This document shows, one piece after another, positions 36,954 to 46,895 of a DNA stretch of 64,000 bases; positions within the stretch are counted from its first letter, which is position 1, and each line of letters starts with the position of its first letter. A model generated the notes under the pieces. That model worked only from the letters and a program-made list of their open reading frames with translations. It made no database searches and was not told the DNA's origin. The DNA comes from Firmicutes bacterium UBA5766 (GTDB taxonomy: Bacteria > Bacillota > Desulfotomaculia > Desulfotomaculales > Nap2-2B). The translations under genes and the position numbers were made by a program. The stretch is taken from positions 24,224 to 88,223 of the forward strand of contig DIEU01000058.1 of NCBI GenBank assembly GCA_002418775.1. The letters are read 5' to 3'.

Positions 36954-39206
36954 TTACTTTTGTTCCTGCAGAACAAGATAGACTATTGGCGGAGCTCCAA
37001 AGATCATGGTCGTCGCGGCGGCCACTATTCCCGCGTCGTTGAATATCAAAGCCACAATGCTTGCCGTAACAACACCGGCGAATCCCTTGTATAAGTCGGG
37101 GTACCTTTTTTTTATCGTGGTCATAACACCCACCGGCCTGTAGAACAAGAGAGCAAGGCTTACCAGGCTGGCGATAAAAATCCGGGTCCAAATCGTATAC
37201 CTGATCAATTTCAGATTCATTTCAGTCTTACGCACAATTATGTTTTGTATCTCCTGCCAGCCTCCGGATAAAATCAAGGACGCGTTCCTCCCGAAGTGCG
37301 ACTGGAGTTCGGCGGGCCTGAGCAGATCAATTGCCGGTATTACAACTACCAGACCTATAATTATGACAGCAAGGTAAATGACGGTGCGCAGCTTGAACTT
37401 TACGTTGCAGAGCAGCAAAAAAGTAACCGCCAATGCGGCAACCGAGACGATAGCCCCGCCCATCTTGGAGCCCAGGGCTGGTGAAGCCAATACAAAAACG
37501 GTAACCAGAAAGGCGATTCCCGTCAAAACCAGCAGTACTTTCCGGTAACGCTCAATCTTGCTCATTAGGGCCGTGCAGCCGATAATTAAAGAGCCCATTA
37601 ACACTCCCATGTATTCGTTTCCAATCCCGTAGAAGCGTGCGCCGGCTATCGGGTCATAGCTCATTATCGAAGTCTTCTGAAGAGGCGACCCAATGGCTGT
37701 GTCCAGGATCAGCAGTCCGGCGGTGGCCAGACTTAGAAAAATAAACGAACCGAGGTTATGGCGGCGCTCAAACCACCAGGCCAGACAGGCAATCCAGACT
37801 GTCAGCAGGAACAGTTCCAGCGTCAAAACAGGAAATGAGGGCTGGGGTAAAAGAGCAAGCAGCAAATAAACAAGCGGGACTGCCATCACGGATAATAAAA
37901 ATGGCTGAAGCAGCCGGGCAGCTTTCTTATGGGCAAGGATAAAATAAAGACTTGCCAGCAACAGGCCTATCTGGTAAACACAGTACCCCTTTTGAAAGAT
38001 GCTCCGTGCATTGTATGTCAGAGTCAGCTGTTTCTTCATGGCGACAAGTTTGTTGATCTGGTTTTCCGCTTTCACCCAGAGCAGGTTCTGGCCGTTCATC
38101 CATTCGGGCTTTTCTAAGCCGAGAAAAGCCAGGATTGTCGGGGCCAGGTCGGTATTCATTATTATTCCCTGTCTTTTAGTTGTCGGTGAGAACAGAAAGC
38201 CTTCCCGCACTCCTGCGCCAACTGCTAAAATTGCAGAAAGATAATCATTCTCTTCTCCGGCGCCTTTCCCCGGCGTAGGGGTAACAATCAGCAGAAGATC
38301 CCTGTCCGGATCCAGGCGGTTCGCTACTTTTTCAATAAACTGATCAATCCTTTGCATTGTCCGCTTACGTTCAGCGGCCCAGACCGGATCAGATACATAG
38401 TTACGAAATTCCTCCAGCCTGGACAGATCGCCTGTTTCAATTACTGTCAGAGCCGTATCACCGGGTAAACGGTCCATCTCCTGGAGAACCCGGGCATAAT
38501 TTGTACGATACCCGCCTGGAAAACGGTCATCCATCTTTTCAAGCAGGGAAACGCTCACATCACCATAGTCCGCCAGTCCGTACCTATCCATGGCAACGGA
38601 CAGAACCTCACGGCGGCAGCCAATAATTATATCAGAATTGCCGAGGACAGCTGTTTTTAAGCCCGCTTCGTGCAGACAATCGCCCAAAGCTCCCGGTACG
38701 GCGGGATAAGGAAGTTCGCTGTTTAGCTGACCAAACCTGGCGATATCAAGCTGGACAACCGCCGAAGGAGAAACTTTCCTGCCCGTACGCCTGTAGTACT
38801 CAAGCCCTGCAGGCCCGTTATCCTGCGCTTCTTTTGCGTTTAAACCCATTGTATACGTACCTGTTGCTATGATATGTGAACCGGCTCCAATTGTGGCATA
38901 TGTATTTTCCGAAGAAAGGTTATTACCGGCGGTATTACAATTCATCAGACTGATGGCGCCGTTTTGAATAATTTTATGAAAGCCGGTGAGTGAGGGATCA
39001 CTGAGATCTTCTAAAACCATCCGGTCGACAATCACCATAACGACCTTGTTTTGCTTCGAAGGGCTGGATGTTACGAGTCTGGCTGTGCCGTCTTCCGTGC
39101 CGGGACTTACATTCTGCATTGCAGCGCCCGGCCATCCCAGAGCGGGAAAACCTGTCAGCAGGGAAATAAAAATCAATAGTACAATAGTAAGCCTACTCTT
39201 TTTCAT
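36954..39206 (-). CDS. Large membrane protein: extracytoplasmic alkaline-phosphatase-superfamily-like domain + ~11 TM C-terminal domain, function unknown
   Basis: Signal peptide, then VVMVIVDRMVLEDL and NTDLAPTILAFLGL, which resemble the metal-site and C-terminal motifs of phosphotransferase/sulfatase-fold enzymes. The remaining ~350 aa are hydrophobic helices. Confidence 0.45.
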   Translation of the reverse strand: MKKSRLTIVLLIFISLLTGFPALGWPGAAMQNVSPGTEDGTARLVTSSPSKQNKVVMVIVDRMVLEDLSDPSLTGFHKIIQNGAISLMNCNTAGNNLSSENTYATIGAGSHIIATGTYTMGLNAKEAQDNGPAGLEYYRRTGRKVSPSAVVQLDIARFGQLNSELPYPAVPGALGDCLHEAGLKTAVLGNSDIIIGCRREVLSVAMDRYGLADYGDVSVSLLEKMDDRFPGGYRTNYARVLQEMDRLPGDTALTVIETGDLSRLEEFRNYVSDPVWAAERKRTMQRIDQFIEKVANRLDPDRDLLLIVTPTPGKGAGEENDYLSAILAVGAGVREGFLFSPTTKRQGIIMNTDLAPTILAFLGLEKPEWMNGQNLLWVKAENQINKLVAMKKQLTLTYNARSIFQKGYCVYQIGLLLASLYFILAHKKAARLLQPFLLSVMAVPLVYLLLALLPQPSFPVLTLELFLLTVWIACLAWWFERRHNLGSFIFLSLATAGLLILDTAIGSPLQKTSIMSYDPIAGARFYGIGNEYMGVLMGSLIIGCTALMSKIERYRKVLLVLTGIAFLVTVFVLASPALGSKMGGAIVSVAALAVTFLLLCNVKFKLRTVIYLAVIIIGLVVVIPAIDLLRPAELQSHFGRNASLILSGGWQEIQNIIVRKTEMNLKLIRYTIWTRIFIASLVSLALLFYRPVGVMTTIKKRYPDLYKGFAGVVTASIVALIFNDAGIVAAATTMIFGAPPIVYLVLQEQK

Positions 39207-39239
39207 TTTTATTTAAGTACCTTAAATTCGATTTTTAAA

Positions 39240-40379
39240 TTAAATAAAGCCTCTGTTTGAAAGGAGGTTCTTATATTCCTCTTCAACCTTGCGAACCATA
39301 ACGGCTGCCGTGAATTTTTCTTTGACCAGCGCTTTACCCGCCTGTCCTATAGCAGCGGCTTTATCGGAATCGGACAATAAGGAAGCCACTGCAATGGCAA
39401 GCCCGGCTGGATCGGCCGGCTCAACAAGCAGACCGTTAATATTATCCCGGATAATTTCAGGAACGCCGCCCACCCTGGTGGCAACCACCGGACGGCCGGC
39501 GGCAAGAGCCTCAAGTATGGTTAAAGGAAATCCTTCGGTCAGCGAAGAGAGCACGAAAACGTCAAGGGCGGGCAAAAGGAAAGGAACATCGTCCCTTTCA
39601 CCGGTAAAAACAACCTTGTCTCTTATACCAAGCGACAACGCTTCTTCTTCCAGCTGCCGGTGAAGCGGCCCATCCCCGATGACAACGAAATTAACATTGT
39701 AATCCCCGGCCAGCATAGCGGCAGCCTGTAAAAAATAAGTCACCCCTTTCTGGGGAGCAAGACGGGCAACCATGCCGACAGCCTGCCCGGAAAGGGGAAG
39801 ATCCAGGTTTCGCAGGGTAAAACAACGCCTTACCTGTGTTTCAAACAATTCTGTTTCGATTCCATTCTGAATTGTTACGACCTTGTCTTGATCCAGATTT
39901 TCTCTTTTAATTAGTTCATCGCGCAAGGCTTCAGAAACAGTAATCAACCGGTCAGTATACCTGTTCAGCAACCGTTCGGCAAAAGCAAACAAAGACTTTT
40001 TCCAGAAAGGCCACGCTTCATAAAATATTGAATTATGCGCGGTTAGAAAAACAAGCGGAGTACCCGCCAACCTCGCCGCCACACGTCCGACAAGTCCGGC
40101 CTTTGAGCTGTGCGCATGCAGAATAGTGATTCTCTCATCTTTTAAGATACCGGCCAGTTGCTTTATAATACGCAAATCACTTAACGGAGAAAGTTCACCC
40201 CGGATAGGCAGTTCAATGGTCTTAAAAGCTAATGAGGTCAGATCCCTGGCCATATATCCGGGACAAGCCACTATAGGGTCGAACAATTCCCTGTCACAGT
40301 GTCTTAAAAGGGAAAGCAGGTGGTTTTTCATCCCCCCGGCGGCTGGGCGGATTAAGTGCAAAACACGGAATTTCTTCAT
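39240..40379 (-). CDS. Glycosyltransferase family 4 (second copy in window)
   Basis: VLHLIRPAAGGMKNH N-terminus, and TEGFPLTILEALAAGRPVVA (E-x7-E). Confidence 0.85.
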   Translation of the reverse strand: MKKFRVLHLIRPAAGGMKNHLLSLLRHCDRELFDPIVACPGYMARDLTSLAFKTIELPIRGELSPLSDLRIIKQLAGILKDERITILHAHSSKAGLVGRVAARLAGTPLVFLTAHNSIFYEAWPFWKKSLFAFAERLLNRYTDRLITVSEALRDELIKRENLDQDKVVTIQNGIETELFETQVRRCFTLRNLDLPLSGQAVGMVARLAPQKGVTYFLQAAAMLAGDYNVNFVVIGDGPLHRQLEEEALSLGIRDKVVFTGERDDVPFLLPALDVFVLSSLTEGFPLTILEALAAGRPVVATRVGGVPEIIRDNINGLLVEPADPAGLAIAVASLLSDSDKAAAIGQAGKALVKEKFTAAVMVRKVEEEYKNLLSNRGFI

Positions 40380-40435
40380 CAGTTTCCTCCCTGGCTTAAT
40401 TGCTGTAAACTTAAAAAACCAGGATTTACCCTTTT

Positions 40436-41902
40436 TTACTTATTTTTAAGCCAGTAGACTGCCTTTTCCAGCCTTTCAACGCATTTTTCTTTGCCAAGGG
40501 CAACCATTATATCAAACAATCCCGGCCCCATTGTTTTGCCGGAAAGGGCGAGGCGCGTCGGATGAATCAGGGACCCGCCGGAGATACCGAGATTTTCTAT
40601 TAAATTGCGGTAAGCCATTTCGACACCCGGCAGATCAAAGCAGGGAATCATTTTAATTGCTTCCTTCCCTTGATCAAGCAATTCAGCTGTCCCTTCCCTG
40701 TTAAAAAACTTTTTAACTCCCTTTTCATCATAGTTAAAATCATCTATGTAAAAATATGAGGATGCGTCAGCCAGCTCAGCAAGGGTGTGCACCCGGGTAC
40801 GCACCACTTCGGAAACCTTTTTGATATAGGAAAAGGTTTCCTCGTCAGGATTGCCTTTAATAAAATCTCGCGCCTGTAAAAACGGAACCACTTCCCGGGC
40901 AATCCTTTCCGGTTCAAAGGAGCATAAGTACTGCGCATTTAACCAGGTCAGCTTTCTTGTATCATATATGGCCGCCGATTTAGAGATTGCTTCAAGAGAA
41001 AACAAACTGATGATTTCATCCGCCGTCATCATCTCCCTGTCATCACCCGGAGACCATCCAAGCAGGGCCAGATAATTTACCAGAGCCTCGGGGAAATAAC
41101 CTTCCAGGCGGAATTCATCAACACTTGTCGCTCCGTGCCGTTTGGAGAGTTTGGAGCGGTCAGGCGCAAGAATCATCGGCACATGAGCGAAAATAGGTTC
41201 CTTAAACCCGAGCGCCCTATACAGCAGTATTTGCTTGGGGGTATTGGAAAGATGCTCTTCGGCGCGTATAACATGAGTTACGCGCATAAGGCTGTCATCT
41301 ACAACACAGGCAAAGTTATAGGTTGGAAGACCGTTCGATTTTACAATAATGAAATCATCCATGGTCTTGTTCTCGAATTCAACGGCGCCCCTGATTAAAT
41401 CGTTCACTACTGTTGTGCCTTCCTGCGGCATTTTCACACGCAGTACGAAGCTGATACCCCTGGCTTCCCGTTCCATTTGCTCCTCCCGGCTAAGCAGGCG
41501 GCACCTTCCGTCGTAGCGCGGCGCAAGGCCTTTTTTCTGCGCCTGTTCCCTCTGCTGGGCCAACTCCGCCGGCGTACAGTAACATTTATAAACTGCGCCG
41601 CTTTCCAACAGGCGGTCTGCCTGCTCCCTGTATAAGTCAAACCTCTCCGACTGCCTGTACGGACCTGATAAACCTGATGTACCCGGCCCTTCATCCCATT
41701 TAAGGCCCAGCCAGTCAAGGCAGCTAAAAATACCCGCCTCAGCTTCCTCAAGGTTTCTTTCCAGGTCTGTATCCTCTAAGCGAAGGATAAAAACACCGCT
41801 GTTTTTTCTTGCAAAAAGCCAGTTGAACAACGCCGTTCTTGCTCCTCCTATATGAAGGTTCCCCGTCGGGCTCGGCGCAAAGCGAACACGAATTTGTTCC
41901 AT
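40436..41902 (-). CDS. gltX: Glutamyl-tRNA synthetase
   Basis: RFAPSPTGNLHIGGART (HIGH motif) and KLSKRHG (KMSKS motif). Confidence 0.95.
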   Translation of the reverse strand: MEQIRVRFAPSPTGNLHIGGARTALFNWLFARKNSGVFILRLEDTDLERNLEEAEAGIFSCLDWLGLKWDEGPGTSGLSGPYRQSERFDLYREQADRLLESGAVYKCYCTPAELAQQREQAQKKGLAPRYDGRCRLLSREEQMEREARGISFVLRVKMPQEGTTVVNDLIRGAVEFENKTMDDFIIVKSNGLPTYNFACVVDDSLMRVTHVIRAEEHLSNTPKQILLYRALGFKEPIFAHVPMILAPDRSKLSKRHGATSVDEFRLEGYFPEALVNYLALLGWSPGDDREMMTADEIISLFSLEAISKSAAIYDTRKLTWLNAQYLCSFEPERIAREVVPFLQARDFIKGNPDEETFSYIKKVSEVVRTRVHTLAELADASSYFYIDDFNYDEKGVKKFFNREGTAELLDQGKEAIKMIPCFDLPGVEMAYRNLIENLGISGGSLIHPTRLALSGKTMGPGLFDIMVALGKEKCVERLEKAVYWLKNK

Positions 41903-42023
41903 AATACAGCTCCCTTAAACATATTTGCCAGGCACAATTATACTACCCAATAACTTTACCGTAAAGTCGTATGGGGTCAGCGCCCTGCTGACTTTGGCAT
42001 AAGGACTGTTTTTCTATCAGCTT

Positions 42024-45000
42024 TTACAGCCTGTATGGTCCCGCTCCAAAGAAGTATAAAAATCTTTCTTTGACGGGCAGCATCAAAACAGATTGGGCAG
42101 CCCTGGCATACATTTCAATTTGAATACGGTAGCGCGCCGCCAACTCTTTCATTCTTTCCCAATCACCGGGTCTAATATAATCTGTTTTATAATCAATAAC
42201 CACAAGAGCCCTCTCTTCCTCTAAAAGACAGTCAATGATACCCTGAACTACAACTGTCTGCTCAACAAAAGCCGGGGATGCAGCCAGGCTTCTTCCAGAC
42301 TGGGAATCACCTTCAACAGAGCAGGAATATATTTCATGGGCAGGAACAGCGATAAGAAAAGGGGTTTCCCGGTATATTTTATTTGCCGAAAGCACTCTTT
42401 CGCCAAGCGGTGATTCGAAGAAAGCCAGAAGATGGTCCGGATTTACAACATCAGCCTGGCCTTGTGTGAGGATTTCCCGTTTCTGCAAATCGGCGATTTG
42501 ATCACAGATGCTTTCTCTTGTTAACTGTCCGTCCATGTTTAGATGCCGCATAACCAGGTGTAAGGCGCTTCCCTTCTCCGCGCCGGTCAAGATGCTTGTT
42601 TTTTGTAAAAAATTCGGCCGCCTGGCGCCCTGACTGTGAGATACTTTCTCCTCCGGGGAAACCAGCCGCGAATTGTCCTCGTCACTGTACAATGAATATT
42701 CCCTTAAATCTGTTACAGTTAATTTTGCCGGTTTGACCGAGACGCAGTTTAAAGGATAACGCCAGCCGAGCAGATGTTCTATTTTCTCTTCGTCTCCGCT
42801 TTCCCCGTCAAGGAGTTCGAGTTTCCGCACCTTTTCAAGTATCCCGGCGGACTGTGAAGCCGGTTCCTCCTCTGCAACCGGTACTTTATAATCATCACCG
42901 CAGATTTTTATTTCCCAGCGGGAAAAATCATCAAAAGTATTCAAATTCAGGTTAAGACCGGCGGTTTGACGAAGAGATACCGCATCACGGCGCCTGATCA
43001 GGGCGGCGCCCAGCAGGTCAAGAAAAGACCTGGCGGAAATCAAATACGGTTCAAAGGGCTGCTTTTCCCTGACATCTCCGGCATTGGACCATTTCATAGC
43101 TTCTTTCCGGAGATCGGAGACACGGCCGATTAAAATAAGCTTTTCACGTGCCCGTGTCATAGCAACATATAGAATCCGCAGTTCCTCCGCTATGGTTTCC
43201 ATTTTGAGGGCAGCCTTCAAAGCCAGTTTCGGCAGAGTAGGGCAGCTGTACCTGCCGGTCACATTAACGAGCTGCGGGCCGATGCCAAGCTTTTTATGAA
43301 GAAGGACATTCCTGTTCAAATCCTGGAAATTAAACGATCTGTCCAGGCCTGCTATAAACACTACGGGAAACTCCAGACCTTTGCTCTTATGGATGCTCAT
43401 TATTCTGACCACGTCTTCGTTTTCCCCAAGCGCTCTTGCGGAACCGAGGTCGCGGTTGTTCTGTTGAAGGCGCTCAATATATTTAAGAAAACGGTATAAT
43501 CCCCGAAAAACAGTTCCTTCATACTGACAGGCCCTGTCATAAAGAGCACGCAGGTTAGCCTGGCGCTGGTCTCCTCCGGGCAGTCCGCCGGCGTAATCGT
43601 AATAACCGGTCTTACGGTATATATCGTGAATCAGGTCCGGCAAACGGCATTGTCGCGACATGGTACGCCACCGTTTCAGCATAGCCAAAAAAGCAACCAG
43701 CCTGCCGGTCAATTCATCGGAAGGCATCCCGGCGGCGGCCAGCACTGCGTCGTAGAAATCGCCTTCTTTCCGGCAAAGGCGTATTTTAGCCATTCCTTCA
43801 ACCCCGATTCCGACGAGGGGGGACCTTAAGACACCGGCTAAAGGTATATCCTGCCTTGGGTTATCTATAACAGAAAGCAGGGAAATGATTGTCCTTACTT
43901 CAGATGCCTGGAAATAACCTGCGGCAGACTCGGCGTAAGCCGGAATACCCGCCGCACTGAATTCCTCAAGGAATATTCCTGCTGTCTGTACGGTACTCCG
44001 CATTAAAACAGCCATATCCCTGTATGATAAACTTTTGCCCTCCCGCCTCGCTTCAGCGATCATTTCCTTGATCATACCGGCAACATACCTTGCTTCAACC
44101 CACCTTCCTTCAATTACCTCAAAAGAATCCCAAACGGTGTCTTCCTGTAATTCGCCGCCACCGCTTTCCCCGCTTTCCTCCAATACATCTTCGTCAGCGG
44201 GCGGTTCAGCGCTACGCAGGCCGGAATTCAGGAGGTGAAACTCGATGGCGTCGTTTGAAAAGGACGGTTTCAGCTTTTCGGACGGACGGGCTGCGCCAAA
44301 TTTGAGCGGGCTTCTGCTGTAATCAATTTCGCCGGCGCCCGGCGTCATCATCAGCGCAAAAATAAAGTTTACGCCGTCAATTATGTTTTTCGTGCTCCGC
44401 ATGTTGTTCGTCAGGCAAAGGGCTATCCCCGGATAACCGCAGTTTTTCGACTGATCAGCCGGACTTTTTAAAGGTATAAACAAGTTTTGCCGGGCCTGAA
44501 AAAGTCCGGGCTCGGCCAATCTGAACCTGTAGATGCTCTGTTTTACATCGCCGACCATAAACAGATTCGATCCTTTGGCGCTCTGACGGGAAACCAGGTT
44601 TAGAATAGCATCCTGGACCTCATTAATATCCTGGTACTCGTCTACCAGCACATGGTCAAAACGCCCCTGCAGCTTAAGGGCAACTTCCGACGGAACCAGA
44701 TCATCCGGCTCATTCCCCGGAACTCTTAAAATTTGGAGCGCGTATTGCTCCAAATCGCTGAAATCAACAACACCCTGAGCCTTTTTAATCTGCCGGTACA
44801 TTTCATCGAAATCCAGAACCAGTTCAACCAGTTCGTTAACCAGAGGAGCGACAGTTTCCAGTTCGGAAAGATATTCACCGGGTTCCCGCGAGAAAAACTC
44901 CTCAGCCAGACTTTTAAGATTCCTTTTAGCCCTCTCCCGCAATACTTTAACCTGTTTCTTCAGTTCCTCGCCGGCATCCTTAGCGGCGCGGCCGAAAGGT

Positions 45001-45854
45001 AAAAATTTAATCTCCTGAAAAGCTTTGTGCAGTTCTGTCCAGGAAAGACTGCAGCAGCGGATAAGCTTATTAATATTGACCAAATCATCCTGCAAGGCGC
45101 CTAAATATCCGCCGGGACCATCAGGGTTCAGGCATAATTCAGCAGCGTTCGCCGTAAGTTGGAGGATTGTTTTAAGCCGGCAGGACAGATATTCTTTTAA
45201 AACGCTTATCCAGGGAAGGTCTTCAAAATCCATGTCCGCAGAAGGATAAAAGCTTTTTAAGGCTGTTTTAAGCCAGTGTTGCGGGTCGGGCGTGCTCCGT
45301 GCAAAATCATACAGGCGTAAAACCAATTCCTGAAGTTCACTGTCATCACGGGAACCACCGTAGCAGTCAACCAAACTTGTGAATGTCGAATTGTCCATGC
45401 TGTCATAGCGCAGTTCAAACAACTCTTCGCAGACTGCCGTCCTGAGCAGGGCGGCTTCGTCCTCCCCGAGTACGCGTATCGCAGGATCAAGCCCTATTTT
45501 AAAAAAGTTTTGTCTGATCAGGTCAAGACAAAAAGAATGCAATGTGCCAATCGAAGACTTGTTGATCAGCTGCAATTGACGCCTCAGACGCAGGGAAGAA
45601 GGTTTTCTGTCAAGCTCGCCGGCCAGCGCCTGGCTTATTCTGCCGCGCATCTCGGCAGCGGCGGCGTTTGTAAATGTAACGACAAGCAGACGGTCCAAAT
45701 CAACCGGATTCTCCTGATTGGTAATCAGATTGATAATCCGTCCGACTAAGACCGAAGTCTTGCCTGTCCCTGCCGAGGCTGAAACCAGGACATTGCAGCC
45801 GGTTGTATTTATGGCGAGTTTTTGTTCCTCAGTCCAGTTAATGCCTGCCGACAA
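42024..45854 (-). CDS. addA: ATP-dependent helicase/nuclease subunit A (AddA)
   Basis: WTEEQKLAINTTGCNVLVSASAGTGKTSVL, VDEYQDIN, and a C-terminal RecB-type nuclease segment (GIIDCLLEE...VIDYKTD). TTG start with RBS AAAGGGGA. Confidence 0.95.
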   Translation of the reverse strand: MSAGINWTEEQKLAINTTGCNVLVSASAGTGKTSVLVGRIINLITNQENPVDLDRLLVVTFTNAAAAEMRGRISQALAGELDRKPSSLRLRRQLQLINKSSIGTLHSFCLDLIRQNFFKIGLDPAIRVLGEDEAALLRTAVCEELFELRYDSMDNSTFTSLVDCYGGSRDDSELQELVLRLYDFARSTPDPQHWLKTALKSFYPSADMDFEDLPWISVLKEYLSCRLKTILQLTANAAELCLNPDGPGGYLGALQDDLVNINKLIRCCSLSWTELHKAFQEIKFLPFGRAAKDAGEELKKQVKVLRERAKRNLKSLAEEFFSREPGEYLSELETVAPLVNELVELVLDFDEMYRQIKKAQGVVDFSDLEQYALQILRVPGNEPDDLVPSEVALKLQGRFDHVLVDEYQDINEVQDAILNLVSRQSAKGSNLFMVGDVKQSIYRFRLAEPGLFQARQNLFIPLKSPADQSKNCGYPGIALCLTNNMRSTKNIIDGVNFIFALMMTPGAGEIDYSRSPLKFGAARPSEKLKPSFSNDAIEFHLLNSGLRSAEPPADEDVLEESGESGGGELQEDTVWDSFEVIEGRWVEARYVAGMIKEMIAEARREGKSLSYRDMAVLMRSTVQTAGIFLEEFSAAGIPAYAESAAGYFQASEVRTIISLLSVIDNPRQDIPLAGVLRSPLVGIGVEGMAKIRLCRKEGDFYDAVLAAAGMPSDELTGRLVAFLAMLKRWRTMSRQCRLPDLIHDIYRKTGYYDYAGGLPGGDQRQANLRALYDRACQYEGTVFRGLYRFLKYIERLQQNNRDLGSARALGENEDVVRIMSIHKSKGLEFPVVFIAGLDRSFNFQDLNRNVLLHKKLGIGPQLVNVTGRYSCPTLPKLALKAALKMETIAEELRILYVAMTRAREKLILIGRVSDLRKEAMKWSNAGDVREKQPFEPYLISARSFLDLLGAALIRRRDAVSLRQTAGLNLNLNTFDDFSRWEIKICGDDYKVPVAEEEPASQSAGILEKVRKLELLDGESGDEEKIEHLLGWRYPLNCVSVKPAKLTVTDLREYSLYSDEDNSRLVSPEEKVSHSQGARRPNFLQKTSILTGAEKGSALHLVMRHLNMDGQLTRESICDQIADLQKREILTQGQADVVNPDHLLAFFESPLGERVLSANKIYRETPFLIAVPAHEIYSCSVEGDSQSGRSLAASPAFVEQTVVVQGIIDCLLEEERALVVIDYKTDYIRPGDWERMKELAARYRIQIEMYARAAQSVLMLPVKERFLYFFGAGPYRL

Positions 45855-45889
45855 ACGGCATATCCCCTTTTTATAACTACTTTTTACAA

Positions 45890-46869
45890 CTAATTGACGA
45901 TACCGGTTACAAAAGGCGCCAGTTCCGCATCGCCGGCAAGCTCCTGAAGCAGTTTCTGCTCTGCGGTATTCAGTTTCTCTCTACTCTCTTTACTCTTCAG
46001 TTCACGAATGCGTTCCAACTTTTTATATTTGTTGTAATAATCTATGGTGTCCCGTAAAAAATCCAGCGCTGCCTTTCCGCTCTGGCCCTTGCCGTTAAGC
46101 TCGGCGATTAGCTTGGCGGCCTTCTGGTCGATTTCCATTAAAGGCTGGCCGTGATATTCCCGTTCAACTTCCAGCACAGCATAGCTGGCGCCTCCAAAAA
46201 CACTTTGATCGGGATTCAATACAGTCAGGTTGCTGTTTAGCGACAATCCTTCCCCGACCGGTTTGTTAAAGCAGACAAAATAACCGGGCTGCAGTAGCTT
46301 ATGGCCTTTTTCCGGTTCTACAACTTCCAGTGTCAAACGCTCGTCAATTATTCGATCGTGGTTGTTGATGTTTTCAACCAGTGTTAAAAGAGCGGAGGAC
46401 CCGAAAGAAACAGAAGCCGCATACGGCGCAAGGTGAGGGAAGGTTACGGCGACGCTTTTAGACACATTGCTGACCGCCTCGATTAAGCCAGGATCAATGC
46501 CGTCCATGTCATAAACCTGGATTCTAAGGATTAACATATTTTTTTCCACATTAAAATCCCGGATCGTCAAAACAACATCGTTGAAGAAATCTCCCTGCCA
46601 GCCCTTCTCAACATTTTGCTGTAAAAAGTGAAGGCGTTGAACAGGCGGCTCATTTCCAAACTGCGATGTAGTCACTATAGCGACGTCGTTTTTATCCCAG
46701 GGCAGCCAATCATATTTTTCCAGGATCATCACGCCGCGTACCCGCACAGTCAGCGGCTGGGCGTTCTCAAAAACAGAAGAATCTTTAAAAACCTGGTCAA
46801 GACGGTCTGACAAGACCACCGACTCACCAATCTGGGAAGGAGCGCACATCCATCTAACATCCGACATCA
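45890..46869 (-). CDS. Uncharacterised 325-aa protein (beta-rich N-terminal ~240 aa, helical K/E-rich C-terminal ~80 aa)
   Basis: The ORF is open to 46960, but ATG 46869 has the RBS AAGGAAAGGAAG and avoids overlap with the ARH gene. I recognise no motif. GC is about 50%, like the host. It lies 26 nt after the ARH stop and 35 nt before the addA start. Confidence 0.6.
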
Positions 46870-46895
46870 AAGATCTTCCTTTCCTTTTTTTATTT

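Noticed and set aside
41903-42023. A T-box or other leader upstream of gltX.
   Set aside because: The spacer is only 121 nt. It lacks the GGUGGUACCGCG core and shows no terminator/antiterminator pair. gltX may simply be read through from addA or have a short leader.
45890-46869. ADP-ribosyltransferase signatures in the 325-aa protein: R (VRVRG), S-T-S-like (VTTSQ) and E-x-E (LEVERE).
   Set aside because: The candidate residues are spaced about 25 and 190 aa apart, which does not fit known R-S-E toxins. The pattern is likely coincidental, so I make no enzymatic call.
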